Assembly: GCA_040752415.1 (NCBI GenBank)
Contig: JBFMGU010000194.1
Span: forward strand, 1 to 20,446
DNA from: Myxococcota bacterium
Lineage (GTDB): Bacteria; Myxococcota; JACRCW01
DNA length: 20,446 nt
Reading direction: 5' to 3'
The position numbers were made by a program, and so were the translations under genes. Under the pieces are notes generated by a model. That model searched no databases and had not been told where the DNA came from. It saw nothing but the letters and a program-made list of their open reading frames with translations. Shown here one piece after another: positions 7,929-17,635 of this stretch (the first letter of the stretch is position 1; each line of letters begins with the position of its first letter).

Positions 7929-10352
7929 CGGCCCCGGGCCCGCGGTTCCGTCGGCTTCCGACGTGGAGGAGGCCACCACACCACCCGACGAGCTGGTGCC
8001 GCCTCCGGTGCTGGACGTGGACGCGCCGCCGTTGCTGGACGTGCTGCCCGCGGACGACGACGCCACGCCGGACGCGCTGCTCGACGCCACACCACCGGAT
8101 GAGCTCGCGGTGGCGCCGGAAGAAGCCGCCGCGGACGAGGCGGACGCCCCACCCGACGAGGATGTTCCACCGCTCGCGGACGCTCCGCCCGACGACGACG
8201 AGATGGACGCGCTCCCCGACGACGCTCCGCCCGACGAGCTGGAGCTCCCGCTGCTGGAACCCGGGCTCACCACCGCCAACGTGGCGGACCGCGCCGGAAG
8301 GACCAGGGACAGTCCGCCCGCCTGCGTGGCCACGCTGCCCGCCGACGAGAGACGGGAGCTCGCATCAAAGCGGTACAGCGCCGCATCCCCGGTGATTCCC
8401 CCCGCCACCGAGACCTGCGCCGTGCGCGGCTGGAGGCTCTTGTTGAACAGCAGCACGTAGAGCTGGCCGGCATCTTCCCGCACCGCGTAGGCACCCACGT
8501 CGTCGACGTTGGAGCTGACCGCGCGCACGCTCTCCCCGGTCACATGCGCACCCGCCCCGTCGTAGTCCAGGTAGAGACGGAAGGCGTCCTCCACCCGCGT
8601 CCCCGGCTCGGGCGAAACCCAGCGCGTGGCCAGGTCCACACCTTCGCGGCCAAACACCGCCAGCACCTCGGCCTGCGCCAGCGCGGAGCTCGCACCGTCG
8701 TCACCACCCCAGTTGTACTCGGTGATGGCCAGCCGCGTGCCCGGGCAGCTCAGGTCAATCCACTCCTTCATGCGCGGGATGAGCCGCACCGCCTGGCCAA
8801 TCCAGGACTCGTCGACGTAGCTCGCATCGTAGAGTCCCTTGATGCTGCGCAGGCGGGTGGCCGCCACTGCGGCGGACTCGTCGTCACTGAGGGACACGCC
8901 GTTGGCCTGCGGGTAGTAGTGGATGTCCAGGTAGTCCACCAGGCGCACGCCGGTGCTCGCCTCGTGCGCGCAGACCTGCTGCAGGTACCACTCCAGGAAG
9001 GGCGTGCCACCGTGCGCCTGCCGGTCCGGTCCGTCGACGCAGTTGTCCGCCGCGGAGCCGAAGTACGCGCACCAACCCCAATCCGCCGGGCCCAGCGTGA
9101 GCGCGTCGGGGTCCTGGTTCTTGATCGCGGTGGCGTATTGCAGCGTGCGCTGCCACAGCTCGTCGTAGGTGACGGGAGTGGGGTGCACGTCGCGGTGCGT
9201 GCTGTTCCAGAGGAAGGGCTCGTTGTCCAGCGCATAGAGCCGCACCCCGCCGTTGGCCGCCGTGCCCACGCGGGAGGCCACGTGCTGCATCCACGCCGTC
9301 ACGTGGTCCGGGCCCACGGCGCGGGAGGTATCCTGCGGGTCATTGCCGGTGAGCGCATTGCCGGCGGTGGTGATGCCGTTGCCCGCGTCGTCGTTGCACC
9401 AGCTTGCGTTGCCCGTGGCGGTGCACTCGGTCTGTTGCTGCGCGCCGTACTTCTGCACGCTGAATCCCCAGCGACGCGTCCGGTCCGTGGGTGTCCAGCC
9501 GATCATCGGGATGGTGAGGATGACCTTGCTGCCCGCGGCGTGACTCTCGTCGATGAAACGGTCCGAGGAGGAGTTGTTGGGCAGCTCGGCGGGATTCGGG
9601 TGGTCGTTCTCGATGTTGTAGAAGAACCAGTCCGCGGCACGGTTGGAGATGTCGTGCTCCCAGCTGTAGCGCGTGGTGGAGTTGCCGCCCCAACGGCGCA
9701 CCGGCCAGTGCAGCTGCTCCGCCTGGGTCACGTCGCCAAAGTTGACACCGTAGATGTCGGGATTGATCGGCCGACGGTCCGCGTCCGGGTCGATGGCCAC
9801 AGTCACCGTCTCGGGGTCGGGCAGCGGCGTGGTGCGCTCCAGGAACTGGACGTCGTCGACGTAGACAATGGACTGGTCACCGCCCGTGGCGTCCTGCAGC
9901 CACACGCCATCCAACACGCCACCCGTCACCCCCAGCGCCGCGAACGGCACCACCACCTGCGCCCAGCCATTGGCGGGAACCGCACCGCCCGCGAGGTAAT
10001 CCGCCAGCTCTCCGCTCCCTGCCACCTCCCCACCCACCAGCAACGCCACGGAGAGCTGCTGCCCGCCCGCGCTGCCACCGTGCACCCAGAGCTCCAACGA
10101 GTCGTACGTCGTCACATCGATGCCCGCGGTGCGGTGCAGGTAGAACGCCTCCCAGTTGTCGGGCTCCAGCGAAGCGGCCGCGCTTCCCTGGTGGACCACC
10201 GCGGTCTGCTGCAACTGGTGCGTGGCCCAGCTCCAATCCTCGAATCCGTTCTGCAACGCGTCGTCGTAGGCCACCAGCGGGGCGGCGCGGGAGGACGTCG
10301 TGACGAGGACGGGGATTGCCAGGGTGAGCAGCTTGAGGAGCCCGGTGCGCAT
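7830..10352 (-). CDS. Glycoside hydrolase family 44 endoglucanase/xyloglucanase-like protein with N-terminal CBM-like domain, Ser-rich linker and MYXO-CTERM tail (840 aa)
   Basis: Signal peptide. INPDIYGVN, RRWGGNSTTRYSWE, YALDNEPFLWNSTHRDVHP (acid/base Glu), YLDIHYYPQ, LAITEYNWG (nucleophile Glu), GVDLATRW. C-terminal GCACV + TM + RRRGRRG. Confidence 0.9.
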   Translation of the reverse strand: MRTGLLKLLTLAIPVLVTTSSRAAPLVAYDDALQNGFEDWSWATHQLQQTAVVHQGSAAASLEPDNWEAFYLHRTAGIDVTTYDSLELWVHGGSAGGQQLSVALLVGGEVAGSGELADYLAGGAVPANGWAQVVVPFAALGVTGGVLDGVWLQDATGGDQSIVYVDDVQFLERTTPLPDPETVTVAIDPDADRRPINPDIYGVNFGDVTQAEQLHWPVRRWGGNSTTRYSWEHDISNRAADWFFYNIENDHPNPAELPNNSSSDRFIDESHAAGSKVILTIPMIGWTPTDRTRRWGFSVQKYGAQQQTECTATGNASWCNDDAGNGITTAGNALTGNDPQDTSRAVGPDHVTAWMQHVASRVGTAANGGVRLYALDNEPFLWNSTHRDVHPTPVTYDELWQRTLQYATAIKNQDPDALTLGPADWGWCAYFGSAADNCVDGPDRQAHGGTPFLEWYLQQVCAHEASTGVRLVDYLDIHYYPQANGVSLSDDESAAVAATRLRSIKGLYDASYVDESWIGQAVRLIPRMKEWIDLSCPGTRLAITEYNWGGDDGASSALAQAEVLAVFGREGVDLATRWVSPEPGTRVEDAFRLYLDYDGAGAHVTGESVRAVSSNVDDVGAYAVREDAGQLYVLLFNKSLQPRTAQVSVAGGITGDAALYRFDASSRLSSAGSVATQAGGLSLVLPARSATLAVVSPGSSSGSSSSSGGASSGSASISSSSGGASASGGTSSSGGASASSAAASSGATASSSGGVASSSASGVASSSAGSTSSNGGASTSSTGGGTSSSGGVVASSTSEADGTAGPGPGCACVIPGRGPTSVAALLVVMGLMVRRRGRRG

Positions 10353-10366
10353 TCCTCGAGGTTAGC

Positions 10367-12211
10367 CTATTCCCGTTGTCGTCGCTCCGCCGCGCCGCCC
10401 GGTCCCGCCAGGTTGCGCGCGGTGTTGATGAGCCCCACGTGCGAGAACGCCTGCGGGAAGTTGCCCACCAGGCGGGCGTTGTCGACGTCATATTGCTCGG
10501 AGAGCAGACCCACGTCGTTGCTCAGCGCCACCAGCCGCTCGAACAGCACACGCGCTTCCTCCGTGCGGCCCTGCAGTGCCAGGTTGTCGGCGAGCCAGAA
10601 GGAGCACGCCAGGAAGGCACCTTCCCCTCCCGCCACGCCATCGACCTGGCTCGGCGTCCGGTAGCGCTGCACCAACCCGCCGCGCGTGAGGCCCCGCTGG
10701 ATGGCCTGCACGGTACCGACCACCCGCGGGTCCTTGGCGGGGAGAAAGCCCACCAGCGGCAGCATCAGCAGGCTCGCGTCCAGCTCCTCGGAGCCATAAT
10801 GCTGCACGAAGCTGTTGAGCGTGGGATTGAATCCGTGTTGGCAGATGTCGTCGTGGATGGCCTGGCGCAACGCACGCCACTCGTCGACCGGTCCAGGCAG
10901 CGTGTAGCGCTCCACGCTCTTCACCGCGCGGTCCGCCGCCACCCACGCCATCATGCGCGAGTGGGTGAAGTGACGACGGGGGGCTCGCACCTCCCAGATG
11001 CCCTCGTCGGGCTGGCGCCACGTCTTCTCCAGCGCGCGCATCAGCGCCACCTGCACGCGCCAGCCGTCCTCCAGCGCCTCCAGGCCCAGGCAACGTCCCA
11101 CGTGCAGCGTGTCCATGATCTCGCCGTGGATGTCCAACTGCAGCTGGCGGTGGGCCGCGTTCCCCACGCGCACCGGCCGCGAGTTCGCGTAGCCGGGCAA
11201 CCAGTCCAGCTCCTGCTCGACGAGGCGACGCTCTCCCGCCACGCCGTACATGATCTGCACGTCCGGTGGGTACCCGGCCACCGCGCGCAGGAGCCACTGG
11301 CGCCACGCCCGCGCCTCGTCCAGGTAGCCGTTGGTCAGGAGCGCATAGAGCGCAAAGGTGGCGTCGCGCAGCCAGCAGTAGCGGTAGTCCCAGTTGCGTG
11401 AGCCGCCGAGCTCTTCCGGCAGCGACGTGGTGGCCGCCGCAATGATGCCTCCGGTGGGAGCGTAGGTCAGGGCCTTGAGTGTGATGAGGGAGCGCATCAC
11501 GAGGTCACGGTAGTGGCCCTGGTAGGTGCAGCGACGGGACCACTCCCGCCACGCAGCCTCGGTGCGCGCCAGGTTGGCCTGCGGGTCGGTGCACGGCGGT
11601 TCCGGTGACGTCGACGGAGCCCAGGTCAGCGAGAACGGAACGGTCTGCCCCTCCGACACCGTGAACTCCGCGAGCGTGTGGAAGTTCTCACCGTGGAGAC
11701 GCACCGGCGTGCGCACGCGCAGGAGGTCCGGCCCCGCAATGGCGACGATCCCGTCGGGCTTGGCGCGCACCCAGGGGATGAACGCGCCGTAGTCGAAGCG
11801 GATGATGAGCTCGGTGCGCATGCGCACGACCCCGCGCGTGCCCACCACCAGGCGCACCACCTCGGGGACGTCGGTGCCCAGGGGCATGCAGTCCACCACG
11901 GTGGCCACGCCCTCGTGGGTCTCAAAGACCGTCTCCAGGATCAACGTGTCCCCGCGGTAGCGCCGACGCGTGGCGCGCACGTGCCCCACGGGACGGATCA
12001 GCCAACGCCCGTGCTCATGGGTGCCCAGCAGCGCGGCGAAGCAGGCCCCGGAGTCAAACCGCGGAAGACACAACCAGTCCATGGAGCCCGTGTTCGACAC
12101 CAGGGCCAGGCTCTTGCAGTCACCAATCAGCGCGTAGTTCTCAATGGGCTCGTGCACAGGGGATGAAACGTCGGGGCGCGCGCGCGGATTCCCCTCGGGC
12201 CCGCGCGGCAT
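10367..12211 (-). CDS. Glycoside hydrolase family 15 (trehalase/glucoamylase-like)
   Basis: IENYALIGD, WLCLPRFDS, WDYRYCWLRDA, QLQLDIHGE, DEGIWEVR, LLSEQYD, GNFPQAFSH. No signal peptide. The start may be GTG 12157. Confidence 0.93.
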   Translation of the reverse strand: MPRGPEGNPRARPDVSSPVHEPIENYALIGDCKSLALVSNTGSMDWLCLPRFDSGACFAALLGTHEHGRWLIRPVGHVRATRRRYRGDTLILETVFETHEGVATVVDCMPLGTDVPEVVRLVVGTRGVVRMRTELIIRFDYGAFIPWVRAKPDGIVAIAGPDLLRVRTPVRLHGENFHTLAEFTVSEGQTVPFSLTWAPSTSPEPPCTDPQANLARTEAAWREWSRRCTYQGHYRDLVMRSLITLKALTYAPTGGIIAAATTSLPEELGGSRNWDYRYCWLRDATFALYALLTNGYLDEARAWRQWLLRAVAGYPPDVQIMYGVAGERRLVEQELDWLPGYANSRPVRVGNAAHRQLQLDIHGEIMDTLHVGRCLGLEALEDGWRVQVALMRALEKTWRQPDEGIWEVRAPRRHFTHSRMMAWVAADRAVKSVERYTLPGPVDEWRALRQAIHDDICQHGFNPTLNSFVQHYGSEELDASLLMLPLVGFLPAKDPRVVGTVQAIQRGLTRGGLVQRYRTPSQVDGVAGGEGAFLACSFWLADNLALQGRTEEARVLFERLVALSNDVGLLSEQYDVDNARLVGNFPQAFSHVGLINTARNLAGPGGAAERRQRE

Positions 12212-12240
12212 GACGTCGTGGCGAAGCGCAGCGCACCGTC

Positions 12241-13428
12241 CTACCGGAGGGAATCCTGCAACGCCGCCACCAGCGCCCGACGTGCATCACCCGCCGGGAG
12301 CAACGCCAGCAGGCGACGGAGCGCGTTCCCATCCTTGGTCCGCTGCGCGTAGGCCCACAGCGCATCCACGTCGACACATTGCTCCAGGGACCGCGCCAGC
12401 GCGCCTTCCGCGTAGTAGCGCCATTGCCGGATGCCCGGCGCCTCGGAGCGCGGGAGCAGGGGCCCCGTGTAGGCCGCCAGCGCCGCGTTGACGTCGCCAC
12501 GTGACAGCGCCTGCTGCACCACCAGGAAGTCCGCGTGACACGGCAGGGTGAGCCGGTAGGGTCGCGACGCCACGCAGCCCTCCAGCGCGTTGCGCAGGTG
12601 GGAGACCTCCACCTTCAGCGTGCTGGGGAGCACGGTGTCGTCGTCGTACAGCTCGGCGTGCAGCGCCTCCAGGCTGAGTCCCTGGGGGTTGAGCAGCAAC
12701 AGGCACAGGATCTCCACCTGGCGGGGAGACAGCAGCAGGCGCACACCGCGCAACAGCACGCTGGGCTCTCCCAGGGCGTGGATGGTCAGGGGCGCCAGCT
12801 CGTGTCGCGGCAGGCGCTCGGCCATGCGCTGCGCAAAGGAGATCACCGCCGCCAGCCCCAGCGCGTTGTGCCGGTCCCACGTCGTGGAAAGGTCCACCAC
12901 GCCCACCACCAGCCCGGAGCGGGGGTCCACCACCGGCGCGGCGTAGCAGACCCAGTCATGCACCGCGGGGACGAAGTGCTCCGCGGAGAACACCGTGGTG
13001 GGTCGCTGCAGTTGCAGGGCCAGCGCCAGCGCGTTGGTCCCCACCGACCCCTCATCCCATTGTCCGCCGGGAACAAAGTGGACCCGCTCCGCGCGACGCT
13101 GCATGACCCGTCCCGCCGAGGTCCACATCAGGCGACCGGAGGCATCCGCAATCGCCGCCACCAGGCTGCCGTCGTGGGCCAGCGCGGCCAGCTCGTCGCG
13201 GAAGGCGTCACTGGCAATGCGCAGCGGTGAGCTGGCCCACTGCGCCGCGGCGTGCTCGTCCACCGGAGCGGCATCCCGGGCCGCGGGCACCGCCTGGCGT
13301 GAGCGCTGCCAGGACCCCAGGATCTCCCGGGCCACCGTGGACCCGTCCGGTCCGCGCGCGGGCACCCGCTGCCGTTCCTGCTCGATCTGACGTCGTCGAT
13401 CGCGCAAGGCACCGCGGGTGTAGCGCAT
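12241..13428 (-). CDS. GAF-domain transcriptional regulator with C-terminal winged-helix region, aldehyde-dehydrogenase-associated type (~395 aa)
   Basis: AcoR-like GAF motifs [43 protein letters not shown]. Then [12 protein letters not shown]...[10 protein letters not shown]...PYRL and [14 protein letters not shown]. No AAA+ GAFTGA. SD GGAGG before ATG 13428. Confidence 0.85.
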   Translation of the reverse strand: MRYTRGALRDRRRQIEQERQRVPARGPDGSTVAREILGSWQRSRQAVPAARDAAPVDEHAAAQWASSPLRIASDAFRDELAALAHDGSLVAAIADASGRLMWTSAGRVMQRRAERVHFVPGGQWDEGSVGTNALALALQLQRPTTVFSAEHFVPAVHDWVCYAAPVVDPRSGLVVGVVDLSTTWDRHNALGLAAVISFAQRMAERLPRHELAPLTIHALGEPSVLLRGVRLLLSPRQVEILCLLLLNPQGLSLEALHAELYDDDTVLPSTLKVEVSHLRNALEGCVASRPYRLTLPCHADFLVVQQALSRGDVNAALAAYTGPLLPRSEAPGIRQWRYYAEGALARSLEQCVDVDALWAYAQRTKDGNALRRLLALLPAGDARRALVAALQDSLR

Positions 13429-13495
13429 GGTCCCCACCTCCCGCGCCAACGCTGGCGTCCCAGGTGTGCTTCCGGCGCCAAGTGTACGCCCCCGC

Positions 13496-13529
13496 ACCAA
13501 CCAAATACCAACCTGGCACCTCCTAGCGT
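13496..13529 (+). promoter_or_regulatory. Putative operator (ACCAACC x2, 11-bp period) plus -10 (TAGCGT) of the aldehyde dehydrogenase promoter
   Basis: ACCAACC at 13496-13502 and 13507-13513; TAGCGT at 13524-13529. Lies between the divergent wHTH regulator and the ALDH gene. Confidence 0.55.
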
Positions 13530-13563
13530 GGACGCATCAACCACCCAACCCAAGGAGACCGTG

Positions 13564-15084
13564 ATGCGTTACGCGAATCCCAACCAGGCAGGCAGCGTGG
13601 TCAGCTTCAAGTCCCGTTACGACAACTTCATTGGCGGCAAGTGGGTTGCGCCGTTCAAGGGCGAGTACTTCGACGACGTCACGCCCGTCACCGGACAGCC
13701 CTTCTGCCAGGTGGCGCGCTCCACCGCGGAGGACGTGGAGCGTGCTCTCGACGCAGCCCACGCCGCGCGCGAGGCCTGGGGCCGCACCAGCACCACGGAG
13801 CGCTCCAACATCCTGCTCAAGATCGCCGACCGCATGGAGCAGAACCTGGAGAAGCTCGCGGTGGCGGAAGCATGGGAGAACGGCAAGCCGGTGCGGGAGA
13901 CGCTGGCGGCGGATGTCCCGCTGGCGGTGGACCACTTCCGCTACTTCGCCGCGGCGGTCCGCTCCCAGGAGGGCGGCATCTCCGAGCTGGACCACGACAC
14001 CGTGGCCTACCACTTCCACGAGCCGCTGGGCGTGGTGGGCCAGATCATCCCCTGGAACTTCCCGCTGCTGATGGCCGCGTGGAAGCTGGCGCCGGCGTTG
14101 GCGGCGGGGAACTGCGTGGTGATCAAACCCGCGGAGCAGACCCCGGTCACCCTGCTGGTGCTCGTGGAGCTCATTGCGGACCTGCTGCCCGAGGGCGTGC
14201 TCAACGTCGTCAACGGCTTTGGCCTGGAAGCAGGCAAGCCGCTCGCCAGCAGCAAGCGCATTGCCAAGGTGGCCTTCACCGGTGAGACCACCACCGGCCG
14301 CCTCATCATGCAGTACGCCTCCCAGAGCCTCATCCCGGTGACACTGGAGCTGGGCGGCAAGAGCCCCAACATCTTCTTTGACGACGTGCACGCCGACGAC
14401 GACGAGTTCCTGGACAAGGCGCTGGAAGGCTTTGCCATGTTCGCGCTGAACCAGGGGGAGGTGTGCACCTGTCCCTCGCGCGCGCTCATCCAGGCCTCCG
14501 TCTATGACCGCTTCATGGACCGCGCGCTCAAGCGCGTGAAGGAGATCAAGGCGGGCCACCCGCTGGACACCGAGACGATGATCGGCGCGCAGGCCAGCCG
14601 GGAGCAGATGGAGAAGATCCTCGCGTACATCGACATCGGCAAGAAGGAGGGCGCGGAGGTGCTGGCGGGCGGGCAGCGACGCATCCTCGGGGGAGAGCTG
14701 CGCGACGGCTACTACGTGGAGCCCACGGTGTTCTCCGGCAAGAACCGCATGCGCATCTTCCAGGAGGAGATCTTTGGTCCGGTGGTGTCGGTCACCACGT
14801 TCAAGGACGAGGACGAAGCGCTTAGGATTGCCAACGACTCACTCTATGGCCTGGGCGCGGGCGTCTGGACGCGGGACATGAACCGCGCCTACCGCATGGG
14901 CCGCGGCATCCAGGCGGGACGCGTGTGGACCAACTGCTATCACGCGTATCCCGCGCACGCGGCGTTTGGCGGCTACAAGCAGTCCGGCATTGGTCGCGAG
15001 ACGCACAAGATGATGCTGGACCACTACCAGCAGACCAAGAACATGCTGGTGAGCTACAGCCCACGCAAGCTCGGCTTCTTCTGA
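13564..15084 (+). CDS. aldB: NAD(P)+-dependent aldehyde dehydrogenase, AldB/AcoD/ExaC type (506 aa)
   Basis: [43 protein letters not shown] (catalytic Glu), NQGEVCTCP (catalytic Cys), [19 protein letters not shown], terminal LGFF. Confidence 0.95.
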   Translation: MRYANPNQAGSVVSFKSRYDNFIGGKWVAPFKGEYFDDVTPVTGQPFCQVARSTAEDVERALDAAHAAREAWGRTSTTERSNILLKIADRMEQNLEKLAVAEAWENGKPVRETLAADVPLAVDHFRYFAAAVRSQEGGISELDHDTVAYHFHEPLGVVGQIIPWNFPLLMAAWKLAPALAAGNCVVIKPAEQTPVTLLVLVELIADLLPEGVLNVVNGFGLEAGKPLASSKRIAKVAFTGETTTGRLIMQYASQSLIPVTLELGGKSPNIFFDDVHADDDEFLDKALEGFAMFALNQGEVCTCPSRALIQASVYDRFMDRALKRVKEIKAGHPLDTETMIGAQASREQMEKILAYIDIGKKEGAEVLAGGQRRILGGELRDGYYVEPTVFSGKNRMRIFQEEIFGPVVSVTTFKDEDEALRIANDSLYGLGAGVWTRDMNRAYRMGRGIQAGRVWTNCYHAYPAHAAFGGYKQSGIGRETHKMMLDHYQQTKNMLVSYSPRKLGFF

Positions 15085-15089
15085 CCCGC

Positions 15090-15148
15090 TCCGCCGTCCA
15101 GCACCCGCGCCCAGAGCCTGATGGGTGCGGCGTGCTGGAGGAGGCGGA
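15090..15148 (+). terminator. Long GC-rich hairpin directly after the ALDH stop (terminator or 3' stabiliser)
   Basis: tccgcc/ggcgga, tccagcac/gtgctgga and ccgcgccca/tgggtgcgg stack into one stem. No poly-U tail. Confidence 0.55.
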
Positions 15149-15315
15149 TTGCGCAGCTCACGCTTCTCCACGGGCGCGACCGTGGGCACACCTCCGACCC
15201 TTCACGCTGGCATCCTCCCGCGGCCAAGGCGCAGGCCCCGGTGTAGGTGTCCCTTTCTTCCGCCGCCTCAAGTCCGCTACCCGTTGCGCCGAAACGTTTG
15301 GCGTGGAGGTGTGCG

Positions 15316-17304
15316 ATGGCGGAATCCATCCTCGTGGTCGACGATGATTCCCTCGTGCTCGAACTGATTGCGCATGACCTGACCGAAAACGGCTACCACG
15401 TCCACACCGAAGCCTCGGGAGCGGGGGCACTGGCCGCGATCGCGGGTGCGGAGTTCGACGTCGTCATCGCCGACCTGCAAATGCCGGAGATGGGTGGCAC
15501 GGACCTGCTGCGCGTGCTTCGGGAACACTACCCCAACGTTGAGGTCATCGTGCTCACAGCCCACGAGGAGCTCGACGCAGCCCTCGAATGCCTCCGGCTG
15601 GGCGCAACCGACTTCATCATCAAGGGACCCCATCCCGGCCCGCTGCTGGCGGCGGTGGCACGCGCCGTCGAGCGCCGTCGGCTGCGCTCGGCAACGGACC
15701 TTCATCGAGCCAGCCAGGCCATCTTCGAGATGAACGACCGCGCGGACCTTCCCAAGCGCATCGTGGATGTTGCCATGCAGGTCATGGCCGCGGACAACGC
15801 GCTGCTGATGCTGCCCACGAGCAACGAGTCCTGGTATCTCGCCTATGCGCACGGCGGCGAGTGCCACGCTGAGCTCCAAGCACTGGCACAGCGGGTTGCC
15901 AGCAGCGTGGCGCAACAACGTCGACCGGCGCTGGTGTCGAACGAAATCCAAACCCTGGACACCGGAGCCAGGGACGACTGCGACGTCACAGACTCCATCA
16001 AGATTCGCATCCTGAAACGGGCGCGGTCCTGCATCGCCTACCCGCTGTGTTCCGGGCAGCGCATCCTTGGCGTTCTCATTCTTGAGCGGACCTCGACCAC
16101 TCGCCCCTATCGCCACGCGGACGTTACCCGCACCTCCATCCTGGCGTCCCATGTCGCGCTGGCGCTGGAGATGCAGGAGTTGATGCGCCGACTGGTGGCC
16201 GCCGAGCGCTTCACCGCGGTGGGGCAGATGGCGGCGAGCATCGCTCACGACGTGAACAACCCGCTCGGCTTCGTGCTCGCCAATGTCCAGTTCGTTCGCC
16301 GGGCCCTGCGGGAGACGGGTGGGGCGGAAGAGCTGGTGACGGCACTGGATGACGCCGAGGAGGGTGTGCGCAGGGTGGTCGGCATCGTTGCCGATGTCCG
16401 GCAGGTTGCCCAGGCGCAACAGCACGAGTGCACCGTGGCCAGCGCGCAGGTGCTCATCCAGTCCGCGGTGCGGATGACAAGCGCGACGGTGCGGGGGCGC
16501 GCGGACATTGAGATGGCGCTTGATCCTCGCGTGATGGTCAGGGGGATGCCGGGACGCCTCTGTCAGGTGTTCATGAACCTGTTGGTCAATGCCGCGGATG
16601 CCATCGAGGAAGCCCGGCGCGGTCGCGGGCGGATCGTCGTGGGCTGCCGGGCGGAGGGCACCAACGCCGTGGCCTGGGTCAGCGACAACGGGGTTGGGAT
16701 TCCGGAGCAGAACCGGGCGCGCCTCGGAGAACCGTTCTTCACAACCAAGGGGCCAGGGAAGGGCACCGGACTGGGCCTGGGCATCTGCCGGGACATCGTC
16801 GCTGCACACGGTGGCGCGCTGCGTTTCCTCCCCGGGCCCGATGGCGGAACCACCGTGGAGGTCACGCTGCCCCTGTCCGGTACAACCACGCACGAAACCA
16901 CCCCCGAGTGCTTGCCCGTGGCGTCCTTGACGCCTTCCGCGCGCGTCCTGTGCATTGACGACGAGGAATCACAGTTGCGCGCGTACCGACGTCTGCTCAG
17001 CGCACGGTGCTCACTGGAGGTCGAGTCCTGCCCATTCCGGGCACGGGATCGTCTCCTGCGGGAAACGTTCGACGTGGTGCTGTGTGACGTGCTGATGCCG
17101 GGGTTGACCGGCGTTGATCTGTACGACGAACTGTGTCGCGCTCGCCCTGACGTGGCCAGGCGCTTCGTGTTCGTTACCGGCAGCATGGGGCTGAACCACG
17201 AGGCGCTCATCGCCGCCGCATCGGTGCCGGTGTTGAAGAAGCCGGTGGATGACGAGGCGCTCCAGGCACTGGTGTCCATCCGTGATGAAAGGGTGGACGC
17301 ATGA
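15316..17304 (+). CDS. Hybrid sensor histidine kinase, REC-GAF-HisKA-HATPase_c-REC (~662 aa)
   Basis: SD GGAGGT. ILVVDDD...ADLQMP (REC). CIAYPL...ILGVL (GAF). SIAHDVNNPL (H-box). NLLVNAADA, DNGVGI, FFTTK, GTGLGL. VLCIDDE...CDVLMP...KKP (second REC). No TM helices. Confidence 0.92.
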   Translation: MAESILVVDDDSLVLELIAHDLTENGYHVHTEASGAGALAAIAGAEFDVVIADLQMPEMGGTDLLRVLREHYPNVEVIVLTAHEELDAALECLRLGATDFIIKGPHPGPLLAAVARAVERRRLRSATDLHRASQAIFEMNDRADLPKRIVDVAMQVMAADNALLMLPTSNESWYLAYAHGGECHAELQALAQRVASSVAQQRRPALVSNEIQTLDTGARDDCDVTDSIKIRILKRARSCIAYPLCSGQRILGVLILERTSTTRPYRHADVTRTSILASHVALALEMQELMRRLVAAERFTAVGQMAASIAHDVNNPLGFVLANVQFVRRALRETGGAEELVTALDDAEEGVRRVVGIVADVRQVAQAQQHECTVASAQVLIQSAVRMTSATVRGRADIEMALDPRVMVRGMPGRLCQVFMNLLVNAADAIEEARRGRGRIVVGCRAEGTNAVAWVSDNGVGIPEQNRARLGEPFFTTKGPGKGTGLGLGICRDIVAAHGGALRFLPGPDGGTTVEVTLPLSGTTTHETTPECLPVASLTPSARVLCIDDEESQLRAYRRLLSARCSLEVESCPFRARDRLLRETFDVVLCDVLMPGLTGVDLYDELCRARPDVARRFVFVTGSMGLNHEALIAAASVPVLKKPVDDEALQALVSIRDERVDA

Positions 17305-17635
17305 GGTGCGGGGGCCTGCCCGTGCCTGCACACACCGGGAAGCTCTCCACCGCCGCCGCAAGCCCCTGCAGCCGGCACCGGGTGTGCGCGTTCCACCAAC
17401 GTGCCTCCTCGTGAGCATGCGCCTCTCGGGACGGCACCGGATTGGCTCAAGTTGGTGAGACATGGGAGGCAGCGCCGCACAACACGCTCCGCGCGGCCAT
17501 GACCGTGAGGCGCAACCGATGCGCGCACGGCGTGATGCACCTCGTCATCGACGTTGTCATTGTAGGCTTGTGGTCGCGCACGCCGCCAGCTACGACGCCA
17601 ACCCCAATCTGGAAACCCACCTCGAGGAAGAGTCC

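Noticed and set aside
13514..13529. TGGCAC...GC as a sigma54 promoter for the ALDH
   Set aside because: The GG-GC spacing is one base short of -24/-12, and the adjacent regulator lacks an AAA+/GAFTGA domain.
17544..17560. GTCAT direct repeat as a Pho box upstream of the orphan gene
   Set aside because: The period is 12 rather than 11 bp and there are only two short copies.
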